A stretch of 64,000 nucleotides of DNA, taken from the NCBI GenBank assembly GCA_031409655.1, contig JANNXQ010000032.1, positions 1-64,000 of the forward strand, given 5' to 3'. Below, in pieces: positions 38,895 through 48,065 of this stretch; position 1 is the first letter of the stretch, and every line of letters begins with the position of its first letter. The notes below the pieces were generated by a model. The model saw only the letters and a program-made list of their open reading frames with translations. It had not been told where the DNA came from and ran no database searches. Made by a program: the position numbers and the translations under genes. This DNA is from Chthoniobacteraceae bacterium (GTDB taxonomy: Bacteria > Verrucomicrobiota > Verrucomicrobiia > Chthoniobacterales > Chthoniobacteraceae).

Positions 38895-40994
38895 ATGAAA
38901 ACCGAGATCACGCGCTTCTGCGAAGGATGCCTCGCGGCCATCGCACCTCTCGGTTCTGCTTTGGCGGACACGGCGGAGCAGCTCGGGACGCGCCCAGATC
39001 TCGGCGGCGCGCGCGGGACCGTTGCCGAGTTGCAGACGCGGTTGCGCTCGCTCTCCGAGAAACTCGCGAATCAAAACACGCACCTCCTCATTTTCGGCCC
39101 GCTGAAGAGCGGCAAATCGACGCTCATGAACGCCATCAGCGGCGCCTATGTGAGCGAGGTGACGTCCCTGCCGGGCTACCCCGCGCTGGTCTTTGTGCAG
39201 CATGCGCCGGAGCCGTCTTTCTCCGCGACGCGCTTCAATGGGCGCGAATCCACCTTCCCTGATGCGCGCGTGCTCAAAGGGGTGATCGAAGACGGCCACC
39301 TCGCCCTGGCCGAACAGCTCCGGGCGGCCGAGGCGCGCGGGGCGGACTTTGATCCGCGACGGGACTTTGCGGAGGCCATCCGGCGCATCGATGTGAAGCT
39401 GCCGATCGAGAGCCTCGCGGAATCCAGCACCGTGCTCGTGGATACTCCCGGACTCTATAGCCGGATGAATTTTGGCTACGATGTGCTGACCCGGGAGTTT
39501 CGCGACACCGCGGCGTGCGCGGTCTTCGTGGTCAAGACGGACAATCTTTTCCTGGAGCAGGTCTTCGCCGAGTTCAATCAACTGCTCGACCTTTTCAGCC
39601 GCATCTTCCTGGTGGTGAATGTGGACTCGGGAAAGCGCGATCTGCAGCCGGATGGGTCGCTGCTGCCGAGCGCCGAAAGCGAGAGCCCGGAGCGGGTCAT
39701 CGAGGCTTTCAAGACCCTCTCGATGGCCGGGCCAGTGCGGCGGGCGCAGGAGGAAGGGCGGGTGCGCATCCACGCTATCGATCTCCTGCACGCCGCGGCC
39801 GCGCGGCTCACGAGCGCCGCCGCGACGGCGGCGGCTCCGGAGGTGGGGAACAGCGCGGCCTTCGAGGCCTTTCTGCGCGATCTCACGGACTATCTAAATG
39901 GCAGCACCTACACGCGCGAATTCATCCGCGACAGCCTGCGGCAATGCGAGACGCTGGGTGCGGACGTGAACGCGCTCGTCGCCGGGCCGGAGGTGAGTGC
40001 GCTGCATAAAAAGCAGGACGCCATCGCCGCCGAGATCGCCCGGCTGGATGAGCGCATCGCCGCCTACGATCGCCTGCTGAAGCTGGACTGGCGCGCCACT
40101 TTCACCGACGCCCGCGTCGATAATGCGCGCCGCAGCGCCACTGCCGCGCAAGCTGCCTCCGGCGAGCTTGGCCGGAAGATGCTGGAAGCACTCGATCGCT
40201 GGTACGCCTCCAGCGACAGCCTCAAATCACTCGAGAAACAGTATTGGAATCCCTTGCTCAGCAAAGCCTGTGGGGTCGCCAGCGAAGACACCGTGAAGCA
40301 CCTCCGCCGCGCCCTCGCCGGCCCCCTGGGCGGCGCAGCCCCGGGTCCCGAGACTTTGCAGGACCTGCGCACCCTCGGCGTCGAACTCGGCGCGAGCGCC
40401 GCGGCCGCGCTGACCAGTTTGAAGGCCAAGGATGCCGAGCCCTTCCGCATCTCCGTGAAGTCCGACTCCGTGCCCGTGCGGCGGCTCGCCGCGGATTGGC
40501 TGAGCTTCCGCGGTGCCGCGGCCGTGGCGGACCACCTCTTCGGCGAAGACCGCACCCGGGAGATCGCGGCCTGGGTGAAAGAGCAGCGCCTGCCGGCTTC
40601 GAGTCGCGCCGCATTCCTCGGCCTCATCGAATCGACGGTCAGCGACAAATTCCCGGAAGCCCCAGCGAGATCCGCTTCGTTCCTGCTGGAACACTACATC
40701 GAAAAATTCTCCGAGAACGTGACCGCAGGCCTCGAGAAGGGGCTCGCCAAGGACGTCCGGCTGCGTGCTGAACGACAGGGGCCGAACGAGCAGAACGCGC
40801 AGGTCGTGGCGAGCCTGCGGCAACTGCTCGCGCAGGCCGCCAGGGTCCGGGCCGAAATCGCCCAGATCGCCAAACAGGAAGCCGCGCGCCCGTCCCCTCC
40901 AACGCCACCCAAGTCCGGGGCGAAACGTGAGGATTCCTTGCGTGCCGACAGTTTTTTCTCCAACGATGTATCCGCACCGCCTCCCCGCACGTAG
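38895..40994 (+). CDS. Bacterial dynamin-like GTPase
   Basis: G1 GPLKSGKST, G3 LVDTPG, long helical/coiled-coil C-terminal region. Confidence 0.8.
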   Translation: MKTEITRFCEGCLAAIAPLGSALADTAEQLGTRPDLGGARGTVAELQTRLRSLSEKLANQNTHLLIFGPLKSGKSTLMNAISGAYVSEVTSLPGYPALVFVQHAPEPSFSATRFNGRESTFPDARVLKGVIEDGHLALAEQLRAAEARGADFDPRRDFAEAIRRIDVKLPIESLAESSTVLVDTPGLYSRMNFGYDVLTREFRDTAACAVFVVKTDNLFLEQVFAEFNQLLDLFSRIFLVVNVDSGKRDLQPDGSLLPSAESESPERVIEAFKTLSMAGPVRRAQEEGRVRIHAIDLLHAAAARLTSAAATAAAPEVGNSAAFEAFLRDLTDYLNGSTYTREFIRDSLRQCETLGADVNALVAGPEVSALHKKQDAIAAEIARLDERIAAYDRLLKLDWRATFTDARVDNARRSATAAQAASGELGRKMLEALDRWYASSDSLKSLEKQYWNPLLSKACGVASEDTVKHLRRALAGPLGGAAPGPETLQDLRTLGVELGASAAAALTSLKAKDAEPFRISVKSDSVPVRRLAADWLSFRGAAAVADHLFGEDRTREIAAWVKEQRLPASSRAAFLGLIESTVSDKFPEAPARSASFLLEHYIEKFSENVTAGLEKGLAKDVRLRAERQGPNEQNAQVVASLRQLLAQAARVRAEIAQIAKQEAARPSPPTPPKSGAKREDSLRADSFFSNDVSAPPPRT

Positions 40995-41035
40995 TGCCCC
41001 CCAACCAGTAAGTTTCATCCATATACTTTTGCACC

Positions 41036-41611
41036 ATGATTAACGAAACCCTTCAGGAACAAGCCGCCATCTACGTCTCGGGCGCAATGACGGCACCGGA
41101 ACGCGAACAATTCGAACTCGTCCTGGAGTTTCATGAGGAACTGCGGAGTTTCGCAGGCCAACTCTCCGAGGTCGGGGCGGCGGTGTCGGCCTCCCGCACC
41201 CGGGCCGGAGCTGCCGGACCGTCGGCTGCGCTCAAGACCCGCGTGCTCGCGGCGATCGCTGATCGCCCGCAGCAGACAACTCCCGAAGGCATGGTGATGA
41301 CGGGCCCGGACGGTCTGGTCCAGTGGGTGAACTCTGCTTTCAGCAAGATGTGCGGCTACAGCCTCGAGGAGTTGCGCGGGAAAAAGCCCGGCAGCATTCT
41401 TCAGGGTGAAAAGACGGACCTCGGCACTGCGGATCGGATGCGGAGCGCAGTGCATGAGTGCCGCCCCTGCCACGAGACGATCCTGAACTACCACAAGAAC
41501 GGCACCCCCTACTGGGTCGAGATCGCCATCACGCCGATCTTCGACGACGCCGGACAGCCACTCTGGATCGTGGCCCGCGAACGCGAGATCAAGGACCGCA
41601 TCGCGGCGTAA
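41036..41611 (+). CDS. Anti-sigma-like N-terminal domain fused to a LOV-like PAS domain
   Basis: EQAAIYVSGAMTAPEREQFE resembles RskA/ChrR N-termini; WVNSAF..CGYS.EE..G..LQG.KTD..NYHKNG.PYW..ITP PAS/PAC. Confidence 0.72.
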   Translation: MINETLQEQAAIYVSGAMTAPEREQFELVLEFHEELRSFAGQLSEVGAAVSASRTRAGAAGPSAALKTRVLAAIADRPQQTTPEGMVMTGPDGLVQWVNSAFSKMCGYSLEELRGKKPGSILQGEKTDLGTADRMRSAVHECRPCHETILNYHKNGTPYWVEIAITPIFDDAGQPLWIVAREREIKDRIAA

Positions 41612-41626
41612 TCTCAGCCTCCGCAG

Positions 41627-41980
41627 CTACTCAAAGTAAGTGTCTTCGTGGGAGTAGGGCGGGGCGCAGCAGCAGAGGAAACGCAACGCCTCACGGGCGG
41701 CGATGGTGTGCCGGGCTCCGGCGGGAATGAGCACGCAGTCACCGGGCCCGACGGCGCGGGACTCGCCGTCGATCTCCACGTCGCCAGCGCCTTCGAGGAT
41801 GAAATAAAACTCCTCGGCCAGCTTGTGAAAGTGCCGCTGGGTGGCTGAACCCGCCGGCACTCGAGCTTCCGCCAGGCTTTGCAACTGCACGGGGGCATTC
41901 GTGCGATCGAGAATGCTCCGGATGGTCGAGCCATCCTTCGAGGTGAACGGCTTTTGGTTGGCGAGGTTTTGCACGGTCAT
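41627..41980 (-). CDS. Cupin domain protein
   Basis: HFH..AEEFYFILEG.G and GD.VLIP.G.RH motifs. Confidence 0.88.
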   Translation of the reverse strand: MTVQNLANQKPFTSKDGSTIRSILDRTNAPVQLQSLAEARVPAGSATQRHFHKLAEEFYFILEGAGDVEIDGESRAVGPGDCVLIPAGARHTIAAREALRFLCCCAPPYSHEDTYFE

Positions 41981-42086
41981 GGCGGGATGATGGAATAGGC
42001 GTTGCCAAACGCCCCGGCCAGTCTTGTTCACCGATCACTCTCGCCACCTCTTGCATCTCCTCGCCCGGATCGCCCATCCTCCGCCC

Positions 42087-42944
42087 ATGCACTTCTTCCA
42101 CGGCTGCACTGCTCTCATCACTGGCGCCTCGTCGGGCTTCGGCGCGGAATTCGCGCGGCAGCTTGCGCCCCACGCGCGCTCGCTCATCCTCGTCGCGCGG
42201 CGGCTGGATCGGCTCGAGGAGATCAAGCGCCAACTGGATCGCCCCGGGCTCACCATTCACTGCCACTCCGCGGACCTCGCCGACGAAGTGCAGGTCGAGG
42301 CCTTCCTCGCCTCGCTCATGGCCAGCGGCGAACGCGTCACCCTGCTCATCAACAACGCCGGACTCGGCGACCATGGCTACTTTGAAAATAGCGAGTGGTC
42401 GCGGGTCAAGCGGATGCTCGACGTGAACATCCACGCGCTCACGCGGCTCACCCATGCGCTGCTCCCCGAGCTCGTCCGCACCGGGCGGGGGGCCATCTTG
42501 AATTTGAGCTCCATCGCGAGTCTCGTCCCGGTGCCAAAGCTCAGCGTCTATTCCGCCGCGAAGGCTTATGTGACGAGCTTCTCCGAAGGCTTGCGCGCGG
42601 AATTGCGCGGCACGGGCGTCTCCGTTACGGCGCTTTGTCCGGGGCCGGTGGATACGGAGTTTTTCGACATCGCCGAACGCGGCTCGCCGGAGGACTCCGC
42701 ACCCGCGCCCGCCATCCTGAAGATCTCCATGGAGGAAGTCGTGAGCACGGGGCTGAAAGCGGTGGCCCGCGACCGCGCGCGAGTGATCCCCGGCTGGCTG
42801 GTCTGGTTCACGATGTCGGCCGCGGCCCTGGTCCCCATTTTCATCCTGCGTCTCTTCCTGGCCAAGCGGCGTAACACCGTTGAAGCAACTCGCGTGCTTT
42901 TCGCTAGTCACTCCCCCGGCGACCCTCGAAGCTCCCGCCCATGA
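42087..42944 (+). CDS. Short-chain dehydrogenase/reductase
   Basis: TGASSGFG, NNAG, SS, YSAAK, CPGP. Confidence 0.92.
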   Translation: MHFFHGCTALITGASSGFGAEFARQLAPHARSLILVARRLDRLEEIKRQLDRPGLTIHCHSADLADEVQVEAFLASLMASGERVTLLINNAGLGDHGYFENSEWSRVKRMLDVNIHALTRLTHALLPELVRTGRGAILNLSSIASLVPVPKLSVYSAAKAYVTSFSEGLRAELRGTGVSVTALCPGPVDTEFFDIAERGSPEDSAPAPAILKISMEEVVSTGLKAVARDRARVIPGWLVWFTMSAAALVPIFILRLFLAKRRNTVEATRVLFASHSPGDPRSSRP

Positions 42945-43261
42945 TCGATAACGTCCGCCTCTTCTACTTTGTCTTCGGCCTCATCACCCTCGTGGGAGGA
43001 GTCCAGGGATTCCTCACTGGGAGCAAAGCGTCGCTCATCGCAGGTGGGATCTCCGGCTTCCTGCTGCTCGTCGCGGGCTGGCTGGTCCAGACCGGGAAGA
43101 CGATGCCTGGGCTGATTCTCGGGCTCGTCATCACGTTCGCTTTGGCGGGAAGATTCCTGCCGTTGTTCCTGAAAAAGGGCGACTGGTGGCCCGCAGGCGT
43201 CGAGGGAATCCTCGGCCTGATCGGCGTGGTTCTGACCGTGGTCGCGCTGATCAAGCGCTAG
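42941..43261 (+). CDS. TMEM14-family small membrane protein
   Basis: GG..GF..GSKASLIAGGISG motif, Gly-rich TMs. Confidence 0.8.
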   Translation: MIDNVRLFYFVFGLITLVGGVQGFLTGSKASLIAGGISGFLLLVAGWLVQTGKTMPGLILGLVITFALAGRFLPLFLKKGDWWPAGVEGILGLIGVVLTVVALIKR

Positions 43262-43275
43262 TTGCTTCTTTGGAA

Positions 43276-44613
43276 ATGCGCGGGCGACTTCGTTTCCCAG
43301 GTTGGCCGCTCGCGGCCGCGCTCCTCGCGCTCATCCCAGTGGCGTGCCGCAAACCCGCGCCGCCGGTGATCGAAGTCCCCGCGACTCCCACGCCGAGGCT
43401 GGCGGCGCTCCCCACGCCCACCCCACCTCCGCCGGCCACACCGCCCCCGGAGCCAACCCCGCCTCCGCCACCTTATGTCCCGGCAAAGCGGCTCGAAGTC
43501 GGAAAGATCTTCAACGGGATCCAGTATCACGTGACCCTCGAAACAGAACGCGGAGGCACCGCCACTGCCGAGCGCGAAGATCCCGCCAGCTACGTGGCCG
43601 AGCTCACGCTCAAGGTAAAGGTGCCCAAGGCGCACCATTCCCTCGAGGATCTCACGAAGCTCAACGATCAGCTCGCCACGCTCCTCCCCGGTCTCCCGGC
43701 GATGCTCGAGAAAGCGAATGTGTCGCCGACTTTCGAGGACTTGTATCGTCGCAAATGCGCCCAACTCCGCTCCAGCATCAACCGCCTCGACGCGGTCCTC
43801 TCCCGCCACAATTTCTTCGACTGCGAGACCGTCCTCGAACTGCAGCATCCGCAGACGAAGCGCCGGGCTCTGCTCATCCAGGCGGACATGGATACCGACA
43901 TGGATGGCTCCGATCCCGACCGCGTGCCGGAGATCGATGGCTCCTCCGCGACTTTCCAGCCGATGACCAGCTATCGCTGGCCGAAGAAAAGCACCACGGT
44001 GAACTCCTTCGTCCCGCCCCTCGAGGCGAAGATCAAACAATACGAGGAGGAACTCGCCCAAGCGTCGACGAGTGCGGCCCGGAAGGCTTTCCTCAAGTCT
44101 GAACGCGACGACGCGCGGGTGCGGATCGCCGACTTGAAATCCGGGAGCTTCCTCGTCGCGAAGTTGGATCCCTTCATCGTGCTGCCAACGCCGATGTTGA
44201 CGAAATCGGGCGCCTTTGCGCCGTCGATCGGGGACTACTGCCTCGTCATCCACGGAGGAAAGCTCTTCCCCGCCATCGTCGGCGACGCCGGCCCGACGAC
44301 GAAAATGGGCGAGGCCTCGCTCCGCATCTGCAAGGAAATCGAGCCGAAAGCCGGTGCCGAACAGCGCGCGGAGAATGACCTCAAGGTGACGTATCTCGTC
44401 TTTCCCGGCAGCCGCGAAAAACCGTTCGGCCCGCCCAATCTCGACCAATGGCGGAGTCGCTGCGAAGCGCTCCTGACAGAGTTTGGCGGTTACGGAGGCG
44501 AGCTCGCAAAATGGGAGTCCCCGGTGAAGCCCGCCCCGCCCGCAACCCCCGCACCAGCGTCGCCGGCGCCGACCCCACCAGTGCCGGAGACCAAACCTGC
44601 GCCGACACCATAG
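43276..44613 (+). CDS. Lipoprotein with GH75 (chitosanase-like) domain
   Basis: Lipobox-like PVAC, Pro-rich linkers, DMDTDMDG, PFIVLP, GDAGP..MGEAS, YLVFPGS. Confidence 0.68.
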   Translation: MRGRLRFPGWPLAAALLALIPVACRKPAPPVIEVPATPTPRLAALPTPTPPPPATPPPEPTPPPPPYVPAKRLEVGKIFNGIQYHVTLETERGGTATAEREDPASYVAELTLKVKVPKAHHSLEDLTKLNDQLATLLPGLPAMLEKANVSPTFEDLYRRKCAQLRSSINRLDAVLSRHNFFDCETVLELQHPQTKRRALLIQADMDTDMDGSDPDRVPEIDGSSATFQPMTSYRWPKKSTTVNSFVPPLEAKIKQYEEELAQASTSAARKAFLKSERDDARVRIADLKSGSFLVAKLDPFIVLPTPMLTKSGAFAPSIGDYCLVIHGGKLFPAIVGDAGPTTKMGEASLRICKEIEPKAGAEQRAENDLKVTYLVFPGSREKPFGPPNLDQWRSRCEALLTEFGGYGGELAKWESPVKPAPPATPAPASPAPTPPVPETKPAPTP

Positions 44614-44679
44614 GCGAAGCGTCGCCGGGGCGTTTTCCCGCTTGCCCGCGCGGGCGCGGCCCGCTGTCTTCACCTGGCA

Positions 44680-45972
44680 ATGAGCAGCGAAGCCAACTCC
44701 CGGCGGTCCACTTACATTCTCGTCGGGCTGATTCTAGGGGCCGTTCTCGGCGCGATGGCGCGCGCCTGGTGGGGCGGTCCGGGGCTCGACGCCGCCGTGG
44801 TCAATGTCATCAAACCGATCGGCTCGATCTTCCTGCGGCTCATCTTCATGGTGGTGGTGCCGCTGATCATCTCGGCGATCGTCCTCGGCGTGGTGGAACT
44901 CGGCGACGTCCGCCAGCTCGGGGCGGTCGGCTGGCGTTGCCTCGGGCTCACCCTGCTGCTTTCAGGCGCGAGCGTGGTCGTGGGGCTCGGCATGGTGAAC
45001 ATCTTTCAACCCGGACATCGGATCGATCCGACGCTGCGCGAAAAACTCGTCGAGCAATACACCACGCAAGCCGGCGAAAAGATCGCGCAAGCCAGCGCGA
45101 AGAAACCGCTCTCGCAAACCCTGCTCGATCTCATCCCCCAGAATCCGCTGGAAGAATCCGTCAACGCCTTCAACCCCGAGAAGGCCAATGGCGGACTGAT
45201 CGCGGTAATGGTTTTCAGCCTCTTCATCGGTGGCGCGATGATCATGCTCGCCCCGGAAACTGTGGCGCCGCTGAAGGCGCTGCTGGAGGCGATCTTCCGC
45301 GTGTGTCTAAAGATCATCGACTTCGCCATGACCCTGGCGCCGGTCTGCGTCACCTGCCTCAGCTTTGCGCTCACCGCCACGACTGGCCTGGAACTGCTCG
45401 GCGCGCTCGGCGCGTATCTCGGCGTGGTGCTTGGGGGCATGGCGCTGCACCAGTTTGGCATCTACTCCGCGGTGCTCGCGCTGTTCGGACGAAAGTCGCC
45501 GCGCGCTTTTTTCCGCGAAGCGAAGGAGGCAATCGTCACGGCCTTCAGCACCTCTTCGAGCAATGCCACCCTGCCTGTCGCCATCCGCGTCGCGGAGGAA
45601 AACCTGCGGCTGCCGCCGAAGATTTCGCGCTTCGTCCTGACCGTCGGCGCGAGCGCGAACCAGAACGGCACCGCGCTCTACGAAGGCGTCACCGTGCTTT
45701 TCCTGGCGCAAGTCTTCGGCGTCGAACTCTCGCTCGGCCAGCAACTCGTCGTCGCGCTGATGTGCATCCTCGCCGGAGTCGGCACGGCGGGCGTGCCGGG
45801 CGGTTCGCTGCCCCTCGTGGTGGGCGTGCTCATGACCATCGGCGTCCCGGCGCAGGCCATCGCGATCATCCTTGGCATCGACCGCTTCCTCGATATGTGC
45901 CGCACCGCGCTGAATGTGACTGGGGACCTGGTGATCGCGACGGTGCTCTCGCGCGGCTCAGAGACCCGATGA
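44680..45972 (+). CDS. Dicarboxylate/amino acid:cation symporter (GltP/DAACS)
   Basis: FLRLIFMVVVPL, AFSTSSSNATLP, GASANQNGTALY, GVPGG, DRFLDMCRT.LNVTGD. Confidence 0.93.
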   Translation: MSSEANSRRSTYILVGLILGAVLGAMARAWWGGPGLDAAVVNVIKPIGSIFLRLIFMVVVPLIISAIVLGVVELGDVRQLGAVGWRCLGLTLLLSGASVVVGLGMVNIFQPGHRIDPTLREKLVEQYTTQAGEKIAQASAKKPLSQTLLDLIPQNPLEESVNAFNPEKANGGLIAVMVFSLFIGGAMIMLAPETVAPLKALLEAIFRVCLKIIDFAMTLAPVCVTCLSFALTATTGLELLGALGAYLGVVLGGMALHQFGIYSAVLALFGRKSPRAFFREAKEAIVTAFSTSSSNATLPVAIRVAEENLRLPPKISRFVLTVGASANQNGTALYEGVTVLFLAQVFGVELSLGQQLVVALMCILAGVGTAGVPGGSLPLVVGVLMTIGVPAQAIAIILGIDRFLDMCRTALNVTGDLVIATVLSRGSETR

Positions 45973-46907
45973 AGGCGGCGGTCTGCACGCTCTTCGAAGG
46001 GCACTACCACCACGGCGTTGCGGTGCTGGTGAATTCGCTCCACGCACATGGCTTCCGCGGCACGGTGTGGATCGGGTTTCGCGGGGATTTGCCGCCATGG
46101 GCGGATGCGGCTCGCGAGACCGATGGCGGCGCGGAGATGAAGGTGGGCGTGGGCGTGACGCTGCGCTTCGTGCGACTTGCAACCAAGGACCACCTGACCA
46201 ACTACAAGGCGACCTTCATGCTCGAAGTCATGGAGCGCCATGATCCAGCAGCGGAGGCGGTCTTCTACTTCGATCCCGATATTGTCGTCGCGGGTCGTTG
46301 GGGATTCTATGAGGAATGGGTCGAGTGCGGCGTGGCACTTTGTGAAGACGTGAATTCACCCAAGCCCGAGACCCACCCGATCCGCGGCGCCTGGCGAAAG
46401 TTCGGCGCCACCCACGGTCTCACCCTGACCCCGCGCACTTCCTCCTATGTGAACGCCGGATTTATTGGCACGAGCCGAGAGGCGTTACCTTTCCTGCAAA
46501 GCTGGATCACCGTGCTCGAACTCCTGAAACGCGAGCACGACGTCGGCTCGATTCTGAATTGGGAAGACAAAGACCGCACCTTCGCATTCTTTCGCCCCGA
46601 TCAAGATGCGCTCAATATGACGATCGAAGCGTCGCCGATCGCGTTAAGCATCGTGGGCAAAGACGGGATGGGTTTCAGTGGGGGCGGCTACATCATGTAT
46701 CACGCCCTGGGCGCACCGAAGCCGTGGCGGAAGCACTTTATCTGGGAGGCAGTGAAAGGCTGGCCACCCACGACTCCCGACAAAGCCTTCGTCGCCCACG
46801 CGAACGGACCAATCGCGGTCTATTCCACCTTCGCGCTCGCGTGGCGGCGGTTCGCTCTGCTTGTGGCCGGAGCGATCTGCCGCGTCGTCCGCAAAGGCGG
46901 ATGGTAA
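45969..46907 (+). CDS. Putative GT-A fold glycosyltransferase-like protein
   Basis: VLVNSL, YFDPD (DxD), NAGFIG, DQDALN, H...PKPW as in GT8-like proteins. Confidence 0.6.
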   Translation: MKAAVCTLFEGHYHHGVAVLVNSLHAHGFRGTVWIGFRGDLPPWADAARETDGGAEMKVGVGVTLRFVRLATKDHLTNYKATFMLEVMERHDPAAEAVFYFDPDIVVAGRWGFYEEWVECGVALCEDVNSPKPETHPIRGAWRKFGATHGLTLTPRTSSYVNAGFIGTSREALPFLQSWITVLELLKREHDVGSILNWEDKDRTFAFFRPDQDALNMTIEASPIALSIVGKDGMGFSGGGYIMYHALGAPKPWRKHFIWEAVKGWPPTTPDKAFVAHANGPIAVYSTFALAWRRFALLVAGAICRVVRKGGW

Positions 46908-46945
46908 AATACGCTCGCCGCTAACCTACTAAGTCGCTGCCGACC

Positions 46946-47371
46946 TTAGTACTCGATCTCGACGCCCATCTGACGGGCCGTGCCGGCGATCGTCTTCGCT
47001 GCGGCCTTTTCGTCGCGAGCGTTCATATCCTTCATCTTGCGAGCGACGATCTCCGCCATCTGCTTCTTAGTCAGCTTGCCGACCTTTTGCTTGTTCGGTT
47101 CCTTGCTGCCGGCGGCAATGTTCAGCGCCTTCTTGATGAGCGCGGAGGCCGGGGGTTGCTTGGTGATGAAGGTGAAGCTCTTGTCCTTATAGACGGTGAT
47201 TACCACCGGAAGGATATCGCCCGCCTGCTTCTGCGTGGCGGCGTTGAACTCCTTGCAGAACGCCATGATGTTCACGCCTTGCTGACCGAGAGCGGGGCCC
47301 ACGGGAGGCGCTGGGTTTGCGGCGCCTGCGGGGATCTGAAGTTTGATTGAACCGACGATTTCTTTAGCCAT
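46946..47371 (-). CDS. rplK: 50S ribosomal protein L11
   Basis: [43 protein letters not shown]. Confidence 0.98.
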   Translation of the reverse strand: MAKEIVGSIKLQIPAGAANPAPPVGPALGQQGVNIMAFCKEFNAATQKQAGDILPVVITVYKDKSFTFITKQPPASALIKKALNIAAGSKEPNKQKVGKLTKKQMAEIVARKMKDMNARDEKAAAKTIAGTARQMGVEIEY

Positions 47372-47379
47372 CTGAGCGG

Positions 47380-47468
47380 AAGTTGAGAGTTGTTAGTTGA
47401 GAGTTGAGAGCCGTCCTGGGTGCGGGCTGAGGGTGAATGCTAATTCTTAAATGCCAATTCCTAAATGA
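47380..47468. repeat. Heptamer tandem repeats in the nusG-rplK spacer
   Basis: AGTTGAG/AGTTGTT run (47381-47410) and a degenerate AATGCTA/AATTCTT/AATGCCA/AATTCCT run (47436-47468). Confidence 0.55.
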
Positions 47469-47469
47469 C

Positions 47470-48054
47470 TTAGGCGCGTTCGATCTGCCAGTATTCGAGT
47501 TCGACGATCGTTTCGCGGCCGAAAATGCTGACACTGACCCGCAGGCGGCCACGGTCCGGGTCGATTTCGGTGACGACGCCGTTCTGATTTTGGAAAGGCC
47601 CGTCGGAAACCTTGACGGTCTCGCCAATGGAGAAGCTGATCTTCGGCTTCACCGAATCCTCGGCCCCGCGCATCTGCGCGAGCATGGCATCCACTTCATT
47701 CTGCCTCATCGGCACGGGGTGCGCCGGACGTCCGTCGCGCTCCTTGGTGCCGGCAAAGCCGATCACGCCCACGGTGTCCTTGATGAAGTACCAAGTCTTG
47801 TCCACGAGTTGCCGATTATCATCGAGCATCCACATGTTCACGATGAGGTAACCGGGGTAAAACTTACGGGTCGTCTCGCTCTTCTTCCCGCGCTTGATCT
47901 CGGAAATCCGCTCGATGGGTAGAACCACATCGAACACGTAGTCGCCCATCTCCTCGGTCTTGACCCGCTTCACGAGATTGTCGTGAACCTTCTGCTCCTG
48001 TCCGGCGAGGACATGGACAACGAACCACTGTTTGCGCTTTTCTTCTTCAGTCAT
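47470..48054 (-). CDS. nusG: Transcription termination/antitermination factor NusG
   Basis: WFVVHV..GQE.KV, FYPGY, GVIGF, KOW GETVKV.DGPF, VSIFGRET. Confidence 0.97.
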   Translation of the reverse strand: MTEEEKRKQWFVVHVLAGQEQKVHDNLVKRVKTEEMGDYVFDVVLPIERISEIKRGKKSETTRKFYPGYLIVNMWMLDDNRQLVDKTWYFIKDTVGVIGFAGTKERDGRPAHPVPMRQNEVDAMLAQMRGAEDSVKPKISFSIGETVKVSDGPFQNQNGVVTEIDPDRGRLRVSVSIFGRETIVELEYWQIERA

Positions 48055-48065
48055 GGGGTGATCGG

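Noticed and set aside
44448..45968. Apparent 819-aa ORF extending the GT-like gene upstream
   Set aside because: The upstream part overlaps the symporter in another frame and is Arg-rich noise; the likely start is ATG 45969.
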